In this document: positions 37,271-47,855 of the stretch, piece after piece
How positions within the stretch are numbered: position 1 is the first letter of the stretch
Layout of the letters: every line of letters starts with the position of its first letter
Assembly (NCBI GenBank): GCA_020632155.1
Contig: JACKGE010000001.1
Location: forward strand, 220,011-284,010
Origin: Candidatus Nomurabacteria bacterium
GTDB lineage: Bacteria; Patescibacteriota; Minisyncoccia; Phycocordibacterales; UBA918
Length of the DNA: 64,000 bases
Reading direction: 5' to 3'
Notes under the pieces: model-generated
Told to the model about the DNA's origin: nothing
The model's input: only the letters and a program-made list of their open reading frames with translations
Database searches by the model: none
Position numbers and translations under genes: made by a program

Positions 37271-40200
37271 ATGAAGATCATGTAAATATAGTCGGACGTA
37301 TCAGTCATTTTTTTGCTGTTAATCGGCCACTTTCAGTACTGATACTCATCATCTCACTGCTGTTTGGGCTCTTTGCGTTTTGGCTCACTCCCAAGCAATA
37401 CAATCCGGAGATCACGCGGCCGGCTTTTTTGGTCAGTATCAACTACTCGGGCGCTGATATCAACGAAGCTAGTGATCGCGTCGCGCATGAACTTATCGAA
37501 AAGATCCAAACAGTGCCAGGGGTCGATGATGTACTAACTGAAGTCAGTGATGGCGCCACCGTGCGTAGTACCGTCATTTTTGAAGTCGGCTACGACGCTA
37601 CCAAGGCCAAGCTCGACCTACTTTCGCAGCTTAATCAGCACAGTTATTTGGCGCGCGGCTTTATAGCACCGCCAGCGGTCATTGAGATAAATCCGGAGAC
37701 CATCCCCATTTTGCAGGTTGTTTTTGGTTCACCCACACGTTCCGTGCCGCAGCTACGTGCCGAGCTCATTAAACTCGGTCATGAGCTCGGACAGATAGAA
37801 GATGTCAGCGAGGTCAGTGTTCATGGTGGATACATGCCGAGTCTCGTGATTGAAATTGATCCACACCGTCTGGCAGCCACCGGACTCTCGGTGACCGAGG
37901 TGGTGCAGGTATTACAGCAGTCACAACTACGTGACATACATGGCGCGGTCACAAGTGATCAATACCGGGTCGAAGCGGTATTTGATGCCACAACGGATTC
38001 GCCGGCTGAGGTCGGAGCATTGTTCGTCGGTGACGGCGTTCGACTGCGTGACGTTGCGTCAGTATTTGAAGGAACTACTGGCCAGCGTGAGTATGTCCTT
38101 CATAGTACCGCCACGGCTTCGGGTGAGGTGGTAATGCTCTCGGTCGCAAAGGTCGAAGGCAGTAGCGCGCCGGTTGTCAGTAGCGCAGTTCTGGCGGCCC
38201 TTGAAGCGTACCGCAGCAAGGAGGGAAGTGACATCTCATACGTGGTTGTTGGCAACGATGGTGCCACTGCTAACGCTGAGATATTTGGCCTTACCAAGAA
38301 CCTGCTTACCTCCATCGTTATTGTGGCGGGAGTGTTGTTACTCTTTCTCTCGCTACGTGCCGCCGCGGTGGTGATGGTAGCGATACCAGTTACGCTACTG
38401 ATTGTCTTTGGTCTTGGTTTCCTCTTTGGGGAGACCATCAATCGCATTACGCTCTTTGCCCTTATTCTCTCCCTTGGCCTCTTGGTCGACTCAGCTATCG
38501 TGGTCGTCGAGAACATTTACTCGCATTTGAAGGAGTGGTCGGCGGTAGGAGACAGCAGCAAGACCCGCGAACGAGTGATTGCTGGTGCCGTCCACGAAAT
38601 TGGTATTGGACTGCTTCTTTCGACAGTGACCTCGGTGATTGTGTTCCTACCGATGCGGTATATCACTGGCATGATGGGCCCATATATGGGACCAATTGCC
38701 TTTTTTGTACCGGCAGCGCTCGTAGTCTCGCTTTTGGTGGCCGTCGTCATCACGCCATTTGTGGCAGCATATCTTTTAAAGGCTGACGAGAAGCCGCTGG
38801 CGCTTACCGCGGGGTTTGGTCGATTCTTTGACCGACTCACAATCTGGTATCGGCGGCAGCTCAGCGCTGTTTTACAAAGCCGCGTTTTGCAGCAACGCCT
38901 CCTTGGCGGCGTATTACTACTCTTTATAGTGTCGCTGCTGTTACCGGCTCTGGCGTTGGTGCATTTTCAAATGCTACCGCGCGCTGACCGCGATCAGTTC
39001 TATGTCTACGTCGACCTGCCGGTAGATACCGCTACCGAGGCAACGCATCAGTTTGCCACTGACCTAGCCGCTCTTATCAATACAGATGCTGAAGTGGTCT
39101 CGGTAGAGGAATTTATAGCGCGGCCGCCAATTCTCGATTTTAACGGCATGTTCAAAGGTGCCGGTGGCCGCGACCACGCGTACGAAGCGAGCTTGCGCGT
39201 CAACCTCACGCCTGCCCGTGAGCGTTCCCTAAGTTCCACCGACGTAGTCGCACGTCTTCGCGCTCAGGTAGTAGAGCAATTTGGCGCCAAGGCAAGCGCC
39301 GTGCGTTTTATCGAGGAACCCCCCGGACCACCAGTCCTCGCAACCCTAGTAGCCAAGGTTTCAGCTGACTCACAGGAAGAGCAGCGTGAGGTAGCTCTAG
39401 CCTTAACCGAGCTTATCGACACCATCTCAGGAGTGGTCGATCCGTACACCACCGAAGAGGACGCCATCGGACGCGTTCGCTATCGTTTTGATCGTGAAGC
39501 AGCCAGTAGGCTTGGGGTGAGTGAAAGCGCTATTACCGAGGTCTATAGACTCCTTACTGGCCCAGAGGAGGTGGGTGAGTGGGTTAGTAGTGGTGCCCGT
39601 GAATATTCACCGCTTATGGTGACGCTGCCGCACGCAGACCAAGACTCACCCAGTGACATTGATACACTGATGGTCAAAAGTGCTGACGGCAGTGCAGTGT
39701 CTCTTGGCAGCGTACTGACACCTGCATACGAACTGCGTCCCTCACGCGTTAGTTTTGATGGGGCGCTGCCGGTCTCGTACGTGACTGCTGAGGTAGAAGG
39801 GCGTTCCATTGTCTACGTGGTTATCGATACCATGCGCGCCCTTATGCGCGGCGAGCTCGCTGGTTATGAAGTTACCAGCTGGAATTTATTTTCACTGACC
39901 CTACAAAATGTAGAGACCAACAGTGAACTTACCCTGCGCTGGGGTGGGGAATGGGAGATGACTCTCGAAAACTTCCGTGACCTTGGCATTGCTATGGGAG
40001 TGGCGCTCCTTATGGTCTACGCAGTCTTGGTAGCTCAGTACAATCGGTTTGCGACACCAGCCTACATTCTGGTGACGGTACCACTTGGCCTCGTGGGTAT
40101 TTTGTGGGGCTTTCTACTCCTTGATCAGGTCTTTGGTGTGTATCTCACTGCCACCGCGCTCATTGGCTTTATCGCCCTCATCGGTCTCGTGGTAAACAAC

Positions 40201-40476
40201 GCCATCATCTTCCTTGAGTATGTAGAACAAATGCAGGCAGCTGGACATAGCTACCAGAGTGCCTTGCTGGAGGCAGGACAGGCGCGCCTTCGCCCCATCT
40301 TCCTCACGTCACTTACCACCGTCCTTGGCAGTCTTACCATTGCCGGCGATCCGGTCTGGTCGGGCCTCGCGTGGGCCATTGTCTTTGGGCTGTCACTCTC
40401 GACGATCCTGACACTGGTCATTTACCCGACCCTGCTTATGTATTTCGTGAGCAGCAAATTAGAAAATAATAAATAA
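37267..40476 (+). CDS. RND-superfamily efflux transporter permease (AcrB/CusA-like)
   Basis: 1069 aa. 12 TM helices in two 6-TM bundles with two large loops. Typical ACR_tran layout. Confidence 0.85.
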   Translation: MNEDHVNIVGRISHFFAVNRPLSVLILIISLLFGLFAFWLTPKQYNPEITRPAFLVSINYSGADINEASDRVAHELIEKIQTVPGVDDVLTEVSDGATVRSTVIFEVGYDATKAKLDLLSQLNQHSYLARGFIAPPAVIEINPETIPILQVVFGSPTRSVPQLRAELIKLGHELGQIEDVSEVSVHGGYMPSLVIEIDPHRLAATGLSVTEVVQVLQQSQLRDIHGAVTSDQYRVEAVFDATTDSPAEVGALFVGDGVRLRDVASVFEGTTGQREYVLHSTATASGEVVMLSVAKVEGSSAPVVSSAVLAALEAYRSKEGSDISYVVVGNDGATANAEIFGLTKNLLTSIVIVAGVLLLFLSLRAAAVVMVAIPVTLLIVFGLGFLFGETINRITLFALILSLGLLVDSAIVVVENIYSHLKEWSAVGDSSKTRERVIAGAVHEIGIGLLLSTVTSVIVFLPMRYITGMMGPYMGPIAFFVPAALVVSLLVAVVITPFVAAYLLKADEKPLALTAGFGRFFDRLTIWYRRQLSAVLQSRVLQQRLLGGVLLLFIVSLLLPALALVHFQMLPRADRDQFYVYVDLPVDTATEATHQFATDLAALINTDAEVVSVEEFIARPPILDFNGMFKGAGGRDHAYEASLRVNLTPARERSLSSTDVVARLRAQVVEQFGAKASAVRFIEEPPGPPVLATLVAKVSADSQEEQREVALALTELIDTISGVVDPYTTEEDAIGRVRYRFDREAASRLGVSESAITEVYRLLTGPEEVGEWVSSGAREYSPLMVTLPHADQDSPSDIDTLMVKSADGSAVSLGSVLTPAYELRPSRVSFDGALPVSYVTAEVEGRSIVYVVIDTMRALMRGELAGYEVTSWNLFSLTLQNVETNSELTLRWGGEWEMTLENFRDLGIAMGVALLMVYAVLVAQYNRFATPAYILVTVPLGLVGILWGFLLLDQVFGVYLTATALIGFIALIGLVVNNAIIFLEYVEQMQAAGHSYQSALLEAGQARLRPIFLTSLTTVLGSLTIAGDPVWSGLAWAIVFGLSLSTILTLVIYPTLLMYFVSSKLENNK

Positions 40477-40482
40477 CTGTAT

Positions 40483-40722
40483 ATGTTCACTCTTAAAACC
40501 AAAAATGTATCAGAGCCAGTCACGCTTAGAAATTTACCAACCCTGCGTCAGGCGTTTGTAGTGGCGTCAGGTCTTATCGTCGCGGGGTATGTCCTCGCGG
40601 CACTTGTGCATCCGGCGTTTATCTACCTGCCGCTGTTGCCAGCTGGCGGCCTCTTATTTTCTGGCCTCACTGGTTTTTGTCCAATGGTGTACATTTTGCA
40701 GAAGTTACCGTGGAATCGGTAG
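40483..40722 (+). CDS. DUF2892 (YgaP-like) small membrane protein
   Basis: GLTGFCPMVYIL motif. Confidence 0.5.
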   Translation: MFTLKTKNVSEPVTLRNLPTLRQAFVVASGLIVAGYVLAALVHPAFIYLPLLPAGGLLFSGLTGFCPMVYILQKLPWNR

Positions 40723-40905
40723 AGGGGGATGGTGAAGAGTGTCTGTGGGTATTGCGCTTCGCAGGTGGTCTCGAGTTGTAGTCTTGTAATATCAATTTCT
40801 ACTTGACAGAACTTACTCACTCCCTCGACTCGTCTTGTGCGCTAAAAGCAACACCAGCGACAAAGTGGTTGAAATTAAGCCTAAAAAAGCACATAATTCG
40901 CTAAA

Positions 40906-41211
40906 ATGTCAAAAGTTAAAGAAAAAGGTATTTCTCAAATATATAGTTACCTTGTATTGCCTGGCAAAGGTGATGATACTGTTCCTGATATTGCAGGGGC
41001 GGAATTAGAGCTCAAAGGCAAGGTTTTTAAGATGCTTAGAGAAATATACGAGAGCTCTGAAAAAGATTGCAAAATACCGATTTGTTTTGATATGGGTGAT
41101 GATGGGAAACAAGAAAACAAGGTTAGAGATGAGGTAATAGCCTTTGTTAAAAAACCAAGTGAAAAGAAAGGTCGCGTTTTGGCAAACGATATCTGGATGT
41201 ATAGTCGATAA
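40906..41211 (+). CDS. hypothetical protein
   Basis: ORF only. AT-rich. Confidence 0.3.
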   Translation: MSKVKEKGISQIYSYLVLPGKGDDTVPDIAGAELELKGKVFKMLREIYESSEKDCKIPICFDMGDDGKQENKVRDEVIAFVKKPSEKKGRVLANDIWMYSR

Positions 41212-41796
41212 AAAGTCTTGCATTAATCTCATTTAAAGTTTTTAGTGCTTCTTGTTCAGACATGCTGTAAACTCATGTTCAAGGACCGTTCGCTTTCTGT
41301 GATCCACTACATAGTCTTTTGATTAAGGTAGGTCAAAACAGTGAATATACCTAAGGAGACATTTATAAACTGATATCTTTTCGCGTTTTTTCAAATTCAG
41401 CACCACTTACCAAATCAACTGTCCACTATATCAAGTACCGTCACTTAGTAGTTCGTCATACCTTCTAACTTAATTGCCAGATTTGAATCATGAATACTTG
41501 AACGAAAAGACTCTGTAGAAGCTTCTTGTAATGTAACCAGAATCAAAGTTGAATCAAGATAAGACTGAGCTGATTGCTTAGTCTTTATCCAACTCTTCAG
41601 AAATTGAGAGTTTTTCATTATTGGCTCATATATTTCAGCATTATCAAATCAAAAACTTTTCGTGCACAAGTACCGAAAGAGATGAGTGGTTTCGCTGTGG
41701 TGAGTCTTTATGTACCAAAAAAATTGGAAATTCACCCAAGAATTATAAACAAAACTAGCACGAAACATAGTGTTTCGTTACTAGCTCTAACAACGG

Positions 41797-41881
41797 CGGA
41801 GAGAGGATTCGAACCCTCGGACCCCGTTAAGAGTCTCTGGTTTTCAAGACCAGCGCCTTAAACCAACTCAGCCATCTCTCC
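41797..41881 (-). tRNA. tRNA-Ser (anticodon TGA), type II with long variable arm
   Basis: Acceptor GGAGAGA/TCTCTCC, anticodon stem CTGGT/ACCAG, loop CTTGAAA, long variable arm, T-arm GAGGGTTCGAATCCTCT. Confidence 0.8.
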
Positions 41882-42053
41882 AGAAATATTCTATTGTATA
41901 AGTGGTTGGAAGTTTCGCCCACCTCACGCCTCATAAATATCGGCGTGTCGCGCTCAAATTGAATACTTGGAACGGATGAAAAGTGAAACAGTTCACTTTT
42001 CATCACTCAGCCATCCCTCCATTACTTGATGTGGCACGATAGTTAGCAAATAA

Positions 42054-42470
42054 ATGGGGCAGATTCCAAGCCTGTGCTATGCTACGAGCATGCGATATAT
42101 GGGGATAGATTTTGTGAGCAAAAAGGTTGGGGTGGCACTCTGTGACGAGTCTGGCACCATGGCCTTTCCTGAAACGGTTCTACCGAATGATGCCGCGCTC
42201 CTACCCGCCATTACTGCTCTTATAACAGAGAAAGGTGTGGCTGAGGTAGTCATTGGTCACTCACTAGGCAAAGATGGAGAACCGAACGCTGTCCACGCTT
42301 TGGCCGAGGAATTCATGACCGACCTCACCTTGGCTCTTGGCCTGCCGGTCCACTTAGAACCGGAACAGTTTACCACTCAGGCGGCACTCCGCCTCCAAGG
42401 TCGCACCGCGCAGACCGACGCCTCAGCGGCGGCACTTATATTAGATGGATTTTTAACACGCAAAAAATAA
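42054..42470 (+). CDS. ruvX: Holliday junction resolvase-like nuclease RuvX/YqgF
   Basis: MGIDFVSKKVGVAL...VVIGHS... pattern. Confidence 0.8.
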   Translation: MGQIPSLCYATSMRYMGIDFVSKKVGVALCDESGTMAFPETVLPNDAALLPAITALITEKGVAEVVIGHSLGKDGEPNAVHALAEEFMTDLTLALGLPVHLEPEQFTTQAALRLQGRTAQTDASAAALILDGFLTRKK

Positions 42471-42472
42471 GT

Positions 42473-42880
42473 ATGGATACAGAACACAAAGATACATCAG
42501 CAGAAGAAACGGTAGTGGAGGGAGCGCCCGCGGCGGAAGCTTCGCTTCCGCCGCTCATCTCCTACGATGATTTTGCCAAGCTTGATATCCGTATTGGTAC
42601 TATCACGGCTGTTTCTGTCGTTGAAGATGCAGACAAACTGCTCAAGCTAACCGTCGACCTTGGTGAAGGGGAGCAGCGGCAGATCGTCTCTGGCATTCGT
42701 GAGTTTTTCAGCGACCCCAATGAACTAGTAGGCAAACAGTGCCCGTTTTTGGCTAACCTTGAGCCGCGTACTATTCGTGGCCTTGAAAGCCAAGGCATGA
42801 TCTTGGCCATCGGCAGGGGAGACACCTTTGCACTTTTGGAACCTTCTCTGCCGGTACTGAGTGGTACTAAGGTGAACTAA
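42473..42880 (+). CDS. tRNA-binding domain protein (CsaA/Trbp111-like)
   Basis: LDIRIGTI...LKLTVDLGEGEQRQIVSGI...QGMIL OB-fold pattern. Confidence 0.7.
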   Translation: MDTEHKDTSAEETVVEGAPAAEASLPPLISYDDFAKLDIRIGTITAVSVVEDADKLLKLTVDLGEGEQRQIVSGIREFFSDPNELVGKQCPFLANLEPRTIRGLESQGMILAIGRGDTFALLEPSLPVLSGTKVN

Positions 42881-42882
42881 CC

Positions 42883-43485
42883 ATGGAAACCCCTAAGACC
42901 AAGACCCTACTCGAAGAACAGCTCGGCCATCATTCGGCTCGCTGGCTCGATACCAAGTACAGTAGTGTTCTCTTGGCCTTTATTTCGTTTATTGAATCGG
43001 TGATTGCTCCCATCATTATCGATCCGTTTTTGGTGGCTTTTATCTTGGCCCGCCGTGAGCGCTGGCTTTGGTACGTTGGCATCTCAATTTTATTTTCGGT
43101 CCTTGGGGGTATTGCCGGCTACTACCTCGGTTTCTTTTTCTTTGAATTCATCGGCACGAAGATCATCTCGTTTTACCATCTCAACGCTCAGTTTGCTGAA
43201 GCGGCCACCAAGATCGACACCAACGGCTTTGTGTTTGTGCTCATTGGTGCACTAACCCCGATTCCATATAAGTTAGTGGCGATTGCCAGTGGGGTATTTC
43301 AGATGTCATTTGTGACTTTTCTCTTTGCGTCAGTCTTTGGACGGGTGCTTCGGCTCGGTCTTGTGGGCTACGCTACCTACGCAGCCGGGCCACGGGCACT
43401 GCCACTTATGCGCCGCCACCTCCTTAAGATAGCGTACGGTTTTGGCGCTCTTCTTATCGTCTACCTTCTCATCAAATTCCTCTAG
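42883..43485 (+). CDS. YqaA/DedA (VTT-domain) membrane protein
   Basis: FISFIESVIAPIIIDPFLVAF segment plus TM pattern. Confidence 0.5.
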   Translation: METPKTKTLLEEQLGHHSARWLDTKYSSVLLAFISFIESVIAPIIIDPFLVAFILARRERWLWYVGISILFSVLGGIAGYYLGFFFFEFIGTKIISFYHLNAQFAEAATKIDTNGFVFVLIGALTPIPYKLVAIASGVFQMSFVTFLFASVFGRVLRLGLVGYATYAAGPRALPLMRRHLLKIAYGFGALLIVYLLIKFL

Positions 43486-43537
43486 TTGTGTATGGCCCCA
43501 GCGGTACTTGAGCGCTTGTACCGTATAATAATGCTAT

Positions 43538-44641
43538 ATGTCAGTTCTTGACGCGGTTAGCTACGTTCTTCCGACCCCGAACTACTTACGCATACCAAGT
43601 GCGGGGGTGGATGTTTCTGATACTTCGCTCAAGTACATTCTCTTTGAACCTGATAGCTACAGTGGCAACAAGCTTCAGCTAAAATACTGGGGTGATATCG
43701 ATATTGCCGACGGCGCACTTTCGCGCGGTGAAGTAGCTGACGTCGATGAACTCAGTCGCGTCCTCAAGGAAGTCAAAAGTCGCACCGGCGTGCAGCACGT
43801 CCGAGTGTCTCTCCCAGAAGAGCGAGCATACCTGTTTGAGACCGCCATCAAGCGCGATACGCCATATAAAGAGGTTCGTGGTCTCTTGGAGTTCAAACTC
43901 GAGGAGAATGTGCCGCTTTCACCGCGAGATGCCTATTTTGATTATCATATCTTTGATGAACCAAGCGACAGCAGCCAACTGATGGTCGGTGTCACGGTTT
44001 ACGCACGCGAGACGGTCAATAGCTACTACGAAGCGTGTCGCAAAGCCGGCGTTATCCCGCTCTCGTTTGAGGTTGAGGCGCAGGCCATTGCCCGCGCTAG
44101 TATTGCGCGTGGTGAACAGGGAACACACATGATTGTGGACTTCGGCAAAACGCGCACTGGCATCGGCATCGTGCACCGCGGCGAGCTCATGTATACCTCA
44201 ACTATCGACATTGGTGGCAAGGAACTATCGAATGCGCTACGCCGCCAGCTGGGCGAATTGCCTGAGCATGAACTCACAGACATCAAGAACACCCAAGGTT
44301 TGGTGCGTGGCAGCAAAGATAGTCGAGTGTACGAGGCTATCGTCAGTACTATGTCAGCCATCAAAGATGAGATCACCCTGCGCCTCCAATACTGGGACAG
44401 TCGCGCCACACACACAGAAGATAAGTACGTGGACAGCGTCATTCTCTGTGGCGGTAGCTGCAACCTTAAAGGTCTACCTGACTACTTCACCGAAACCCTC
44501 AAGATTGACACGGTACGAGCTGATGTCTGGCAAAACGCCCTTGATATCGAAGAGGACGTCCCACCGATCGGAAGGCGGTACTCCTATGGGTACGCCACCG
44601 CTATCGGTCTTGCGCTCACCTCATTCATGCAGAATCTATGA
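43538..44641 (+). CDS. pilM: type IV pilus assembly protein PilM (actin-like)
   Basis: ASKHA-fold pattern and synteny with pilN/pilO-like genes. Confidence 0.7.
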   Translation: MSVLDAVSYVLPTPNYLRIPSAGVDVSDTSLKYILFEPDSYSGNKLQLKYWGDIDIADGALSRGEVADVDELSRVLKEVKSRTGVQHVRVSLPEERAYLFETAIKRDTPYKEVRGLLEFKLEENVPLSPRDAYFDYHIFDEPSDSSQLMVGVTVYARETVNSYYEACRKAGVIPLSFEVEAQAIARASIARGEQGTHMIVDFGKTRTGIGIVHRGELMYTSTIDIGGKELSNALRRQLGELPEHELTDIKNTQGLVRGSKDSRVYEAIVSTMSAIKDEITLRLQYWDSRATHTEDKYVDSVILCGGSCNLKGLPDYFTETLKIDTVRADVWQNALDIEEDVPPIGRRYSYGYATAIGLALTSFMQNL

Positions 44642-45165
44642 TGAACCTCATCCCCCCACAAGCGAAGCGAGTGGTCACTGCCGAGTACTGGGTACGGGTC
44701 TTTACCGTCTGGCTCTGGCTCCTTTCGCTTGGCCTATTGATATCACTGGTGTTGTCGGTGCCGGTACATTTTCTGATGGGTGGTATCAATAAGTCATTGT
44801 CTGGAAAATTTGATGAAGTGAAAAAGCAGCAAGAGCAGTATGACGCAGCCGTGGCTGAGACCAAGGAGTTCAATACTCGCCTCAAGCTCTTGACTCGTGG
44901 TCCGGTACTGGTGCCGCACTCCATCATCATCAATGCACTTGATGACATTGGTGGCTTGGCTGTTAGCATCGACCAAGTAACCTTCAAAGCTGATGCCACC
45001 AGTGTCGACATCGTCGGTCATGCCGCAACGCGCGCTGACCTATCGAATTTTGCCAGTGCGCTTGAGGAGCATGAGTTCTTTAGCAACGTGGAGCTTCCGA
45101 TATCGAATCTGGCTAAAGACCGCGACATCACCTTTGTTATGAGTGTTGAACTCGCCGAATCATAA
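44638..45165 (+). CDS. PilN-like bitopic membrane protein
   Basis: Overlapping start, single TM, periplasmic domain. Confidence 0.5.
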   Translation: MMNLIPPQAKRVVTAEYWVRVFTVWLWLLSLGLLISLVLSVPVHFLMGGINKSLSGKFDEVKKQQEQYDAAVAETKEFNTRLKLLTRGPVLVPHSIIINALDDIGGLAVSIDQVTFKADATSVDIVGHAATRADLSNFASALEEHEFFSNVELPISNLAKDRDITFVMSVELAES

Positions 45166-45707
45166 TGCCTATGTTCTTCCTTTTTCTTAAAACCAGTTCT
45201 TTCCGCTCACTTGTGATCGCTCTTGTGGTTTTCGCGGTGCTTCTGGGGGCAGTGATAGTGGGTCATCTCAATATTAAAAAGCGCGGCAATGAACTCATTG
45301 AAAACCAAAAGCTGGTCCAGCAGCAGCAAAATCTCGTCTCCGAATACAACCGCTTACGCACCTCGCTCGACTCCTCGAGCGAGCAACGTGAAGCCATCAA
45401 AGCGCTCACCCTACACAATGACGAGCACTCGGTGGTGGAATTCCTCTCCTATCTTGAAGGGGTGGCCGGGCAGATCGGGGTATCATTTGATACTAAAACC
45501 TTGGAAATCGTAGAACCAAAAGGGGAGACAGCGTACCTTGACCTTAGGCTCTCTCTTTCTGGGAGCGAATCTCAGGTACTCGATATGCTCCGTTTGTTTG
45601 AGGTCTTGCCGTATCATGCCCAGATTGATACCCTCGCACTTCGTCGAGACAGAGGTGAGCATACGACCACTGCTGAAGTGGGTCTTCATGTAACGGTAAC
45701 CGAATGA
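45165..45707 (+). CDS. PilO-like bitopic membrane protein
   Basis: Single TM plus coiled coil. Position in operon. Confidence 0.4.
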   Translation: MPMFFLFLKTSSFRSLVIALVVFAVLLGAVIVGHLNIKKRGNELIENQKLVQQQQNLVSEYNRLRTSLDSSSEQREAIKALTLHNDEHSVVEFLSYLEGVAGQIGVSFDTKTLEIVEPKGETAYLDLRLSLSGSESQVLDMLRLFEVLPYHAQIDTLALRRDRGEHTTTAEVGLHVTVTE

Positions 45708-46141
45708 TGTTTATGAAAAAAGACACTTGGGACATACAACATATCGCCAAACACTTCATGCGCAAACAGCGTCGACTGTCTGATCACCGCCTGATGCATC
45801 CGCGACGAGAGTGGTTTATTGGGCTGCTGGCACTTCTCGTCTTGCTTATTGCCGGTATTTCGTACCAAGCGTACAACTTCATGTATTTCAGTGATATCGA
45901 CAAAGTATCTTTTGCTGAAGATATTACCCGTGTCGATCTAAGTAGCGAGGGCATGGAGGAAGTGTTAACTGATACAGCGGCTGATGCGGAGACCTTTGCT
46001 AGTATTGTCGCCAAATACAGTCGCGCGCCGGTCGAGCCGGCAACTCCTGAAGTGGCTACCACCACCGCTGAGACTACTGAAGACACTGAGTCAGCACCTG
46101 ATGAAGCACCGCTTGACCCCAGTGATATTTCGTTTGAATAA
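45704..46141 (+). CDS. hypothetical membrane protein with acidic T/E/A-rich tail
   Basis: ORF. Operon position. Confidence 0.35.
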   Translation: MMFMKKDTWDIQHIAKHFMRKQRRLSDHRLMHPRREWFIGLLALLVLLIAGISYQAYNFMYFSDIDKVSFAEDITRVDLSSEGMEEVLTDTAADAETFASIVAKYSRAPVEPATPEVATTTAETTEDTESAPDEAPLDPSDISFE

Positions 46142-46194
46142 TCAGGCTTGGTACGCTAGTATGGCTCACACCAAACAGTCCAATCGATTGTTTT

Positions 46195-46266
46195 GCCCCT
46201 ATAGTTCAATGGATAGAACAGGAGACTTCTAAGCTCTTGATGTAGGTTCGATTCCTACTGGGGGCA
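46195..46266 (+). tRNA. tRNA-Arg (anticodon TCT)
   Basis: Acceptor GCCCCTA/TGGGGGC, D-arm GTTCAATGGATAGAAC, loop CTTCTAA, T-arm GTAGGTTCGATTCCTAC. Confidence 0.75.
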
Positions 46267-46332
46267 CAGTCTAGTGAGACCTACTGAGAGGGGTTAATAC
46301 CCCACCAATCTCAGTAAGTCTAGCAAAACAAT

Positions 46333-46358
46333 AAAACCACTCAATTGAGTGGTTTTAT
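46333..46358 (+). terminator. terminator hairpin
   Basis: AAAACCACTCAATTGAGTGGTTTTATTGTTTTG. Confidence 0.55.
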
Positions 46359-46381
46359 TGTTTTGTCTTTATCCACTCGAC

Positions 46382-47149
46382 TCATTGCAGTAATTTTTCT
46401 TCAACGTAACGTACACCGTTAGGAGATAAGTGGACTCTGTTATCGATTTGATTATATTCGAGCAGTCTTTTTGAGTGTAGTTTTTTTAAGACATCTCTCC
46501 GATAAACTGATGAATTACTATGCTCAACCCATTCACATAGCTTTGATTCATCAACCCATCCAGTTGTAGAGTGGAGTAAAAGGAGTGTTTGATCTGTTTT
46601 AGACATAGATGAATCTAGTACTCTTTTAACATTACCTACACCCCAAACCAATGGGTACCTTTTCTCTACAAGCGCATCCACTGTTTCTTGCGCCTCATCA
46701 ATACTCACATTGTGAAAAATCCTACATAACTCAGCCAAAATCCAACTTGCCATTGCTAGTACGGTCGTTGCATCCATGTAATTTGGATTAACATCACCTC
46801 CAACATGACCAACGCCCCTATTATTTCTAATCTCATACAGTGGTAGCACCATCCGTGGAATGAGAATTCTCAGGCTCCTATCACCTGTACGAGATGGATT
46901 TGGTGAAGAAGATTCAAGTAATCTACATGCGTCCACCATGTTGTTTGGCTTAGTTGCTTGTGCAGGAAAATTCCCAGATATTGCACCATCAACTACAGAA
47001 TAGACAACCTCACAGAACTTTCCACCATTAAGCTCAGACGGCTCCCAGCGTCTTTCAGAATAATTGCGAACAATTTCACTATACGATTCAACCAGTTCAT
47101 CGCGCAAACCATCGGGTAAATTTTGAAGAAAATTTTCTGGTTTGACCAT
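46382..47149 (-). CDS. hypothetical protein (possible HEPN-like Rx4-6H motif)
   Basis: AT-rich island gene. EIRNNRGVGH motif. Overlaps the upstream gene stop (operon). Confidence 0.4.
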   Translation of the reverse strand: MVKPENFLQNLPDGLRDELVESYSEIVRNYSERRWEPSELNGGKFCEVVYSVVDGAISGNFPAQATKPNNMVDACRLLESSSPNPSRTGDRSLRILIPRMVLPLYEIRNNRGVGHVGGDVNPNYMDATTVLAMASWILAELCRIFHNVSIDEAQETVDALVEKRYPLVWGVGNVKRVLDSSMSKTDQTLLLLHSTTGWVDESKLCEWVEHSNSSVYRRDVLKKLHSKRLLEYNQIDNRVHLSPNGVRYVEEKLLQ

Positions 47150-47151
47150 TA

Positions 47152-47694
47152 TTATTTCTTACTTGTTTTGGCGCTAGCTTTCTTCTTTGCTGTTTTAGTT
47201 TTCTTTTTCTTATGTTTTGATGCGGCATCCCGGTCAGGTAAAGCGTCAACAAATTGTTGTCCCTGATAAGACAGTTTATTAGCATCACGACCCGTACCAA
47301 GATTAAATAGCCCAGACTGACGTCTCGCATTATCAATATCACGCCCAAAGTTCTTATCATCAAAATTACGTCGTGCTTCTGCAAATACCGCTTTGATGTC
47401 TGCCTTAGAATGTTCCTCCGAGCCGGCGGTCAACTCTAGATATCTCGCAGCAACAGCAAGCTCCTCACCCTTATTTTTTGGGTTTTTCTCTGCAAAGAAT
47501 GCTTGTGCCCCTTCCGTCACATCAGACACGCCAACGAATGGCATTTTTGTCGAAGGTTGCCCTGCGGGCACGGTATTATCTCCTAGTAATATTACCGCTG
47601 CCTGAATAATTCTTTGTCTTTCCTCCGTTGAGTAAGACTCCAGCAATTTAAATAACTCTACTGAAGTGTCCGCAATACTTTTTTGTTCGCTCAT
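47152..47694 (-). CDS. hypothetical protein with Lys-rich C-terminal tail
   Basis: ORF. Conserved upstream repeat (47797-47855). Confidence 0.4.
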   Translation of the reverse strand: MSEQKSIADTSVELFKLLESYSTEERQRIIQAAVILLGDNTVPAGQPSTKMPFVGVSDVTEGAQAFFAEKNPKNKGEELAVAARYLELTAGSEEHSKADIKAVFAEARRNFDDKNFGRDIDNARRQSGLFNLGTGRDANKLSYQGQQFVDALPDRDAASKHKKKKTKTAKKKASAKTSKK

Positions 47695-47796
47695 GGTTAT
47701 ATACGTTATTTATAATCGTTATTTGAGACAATAATAACGTAATTTTAAAGGAGAAGCAAATTTGGGTCAATACCTGAAATTACAGCTCTACCGACA

Positions 47797-47855
47797 GGGG
47801 TCAGGAAAGACGGAATTCAGCCGCCAAGAAACGCCTATGGGGCTTACTGGGTATT
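47797..47855. repeat. 58 bp direct repeat copy A (GGGGTCAGGAAAGA...GCTTACTGGGTA)
   Basis: About 80% identical to 49730-49790. Both copies lie 100-180 bp upstream of minus-strand genes. Confidence 0.55.

Noticed and set aside
41220-41790. 570 bp AT-rich noncoding stretch next to tRNA-Ser with a short minus-strand ORF (41574-41861 overlaps the tRNA)
   Set aside because: Only fragmented frames with internal stops. It may be a decayed gene or an island remnant, but there is nothing to call confidently.
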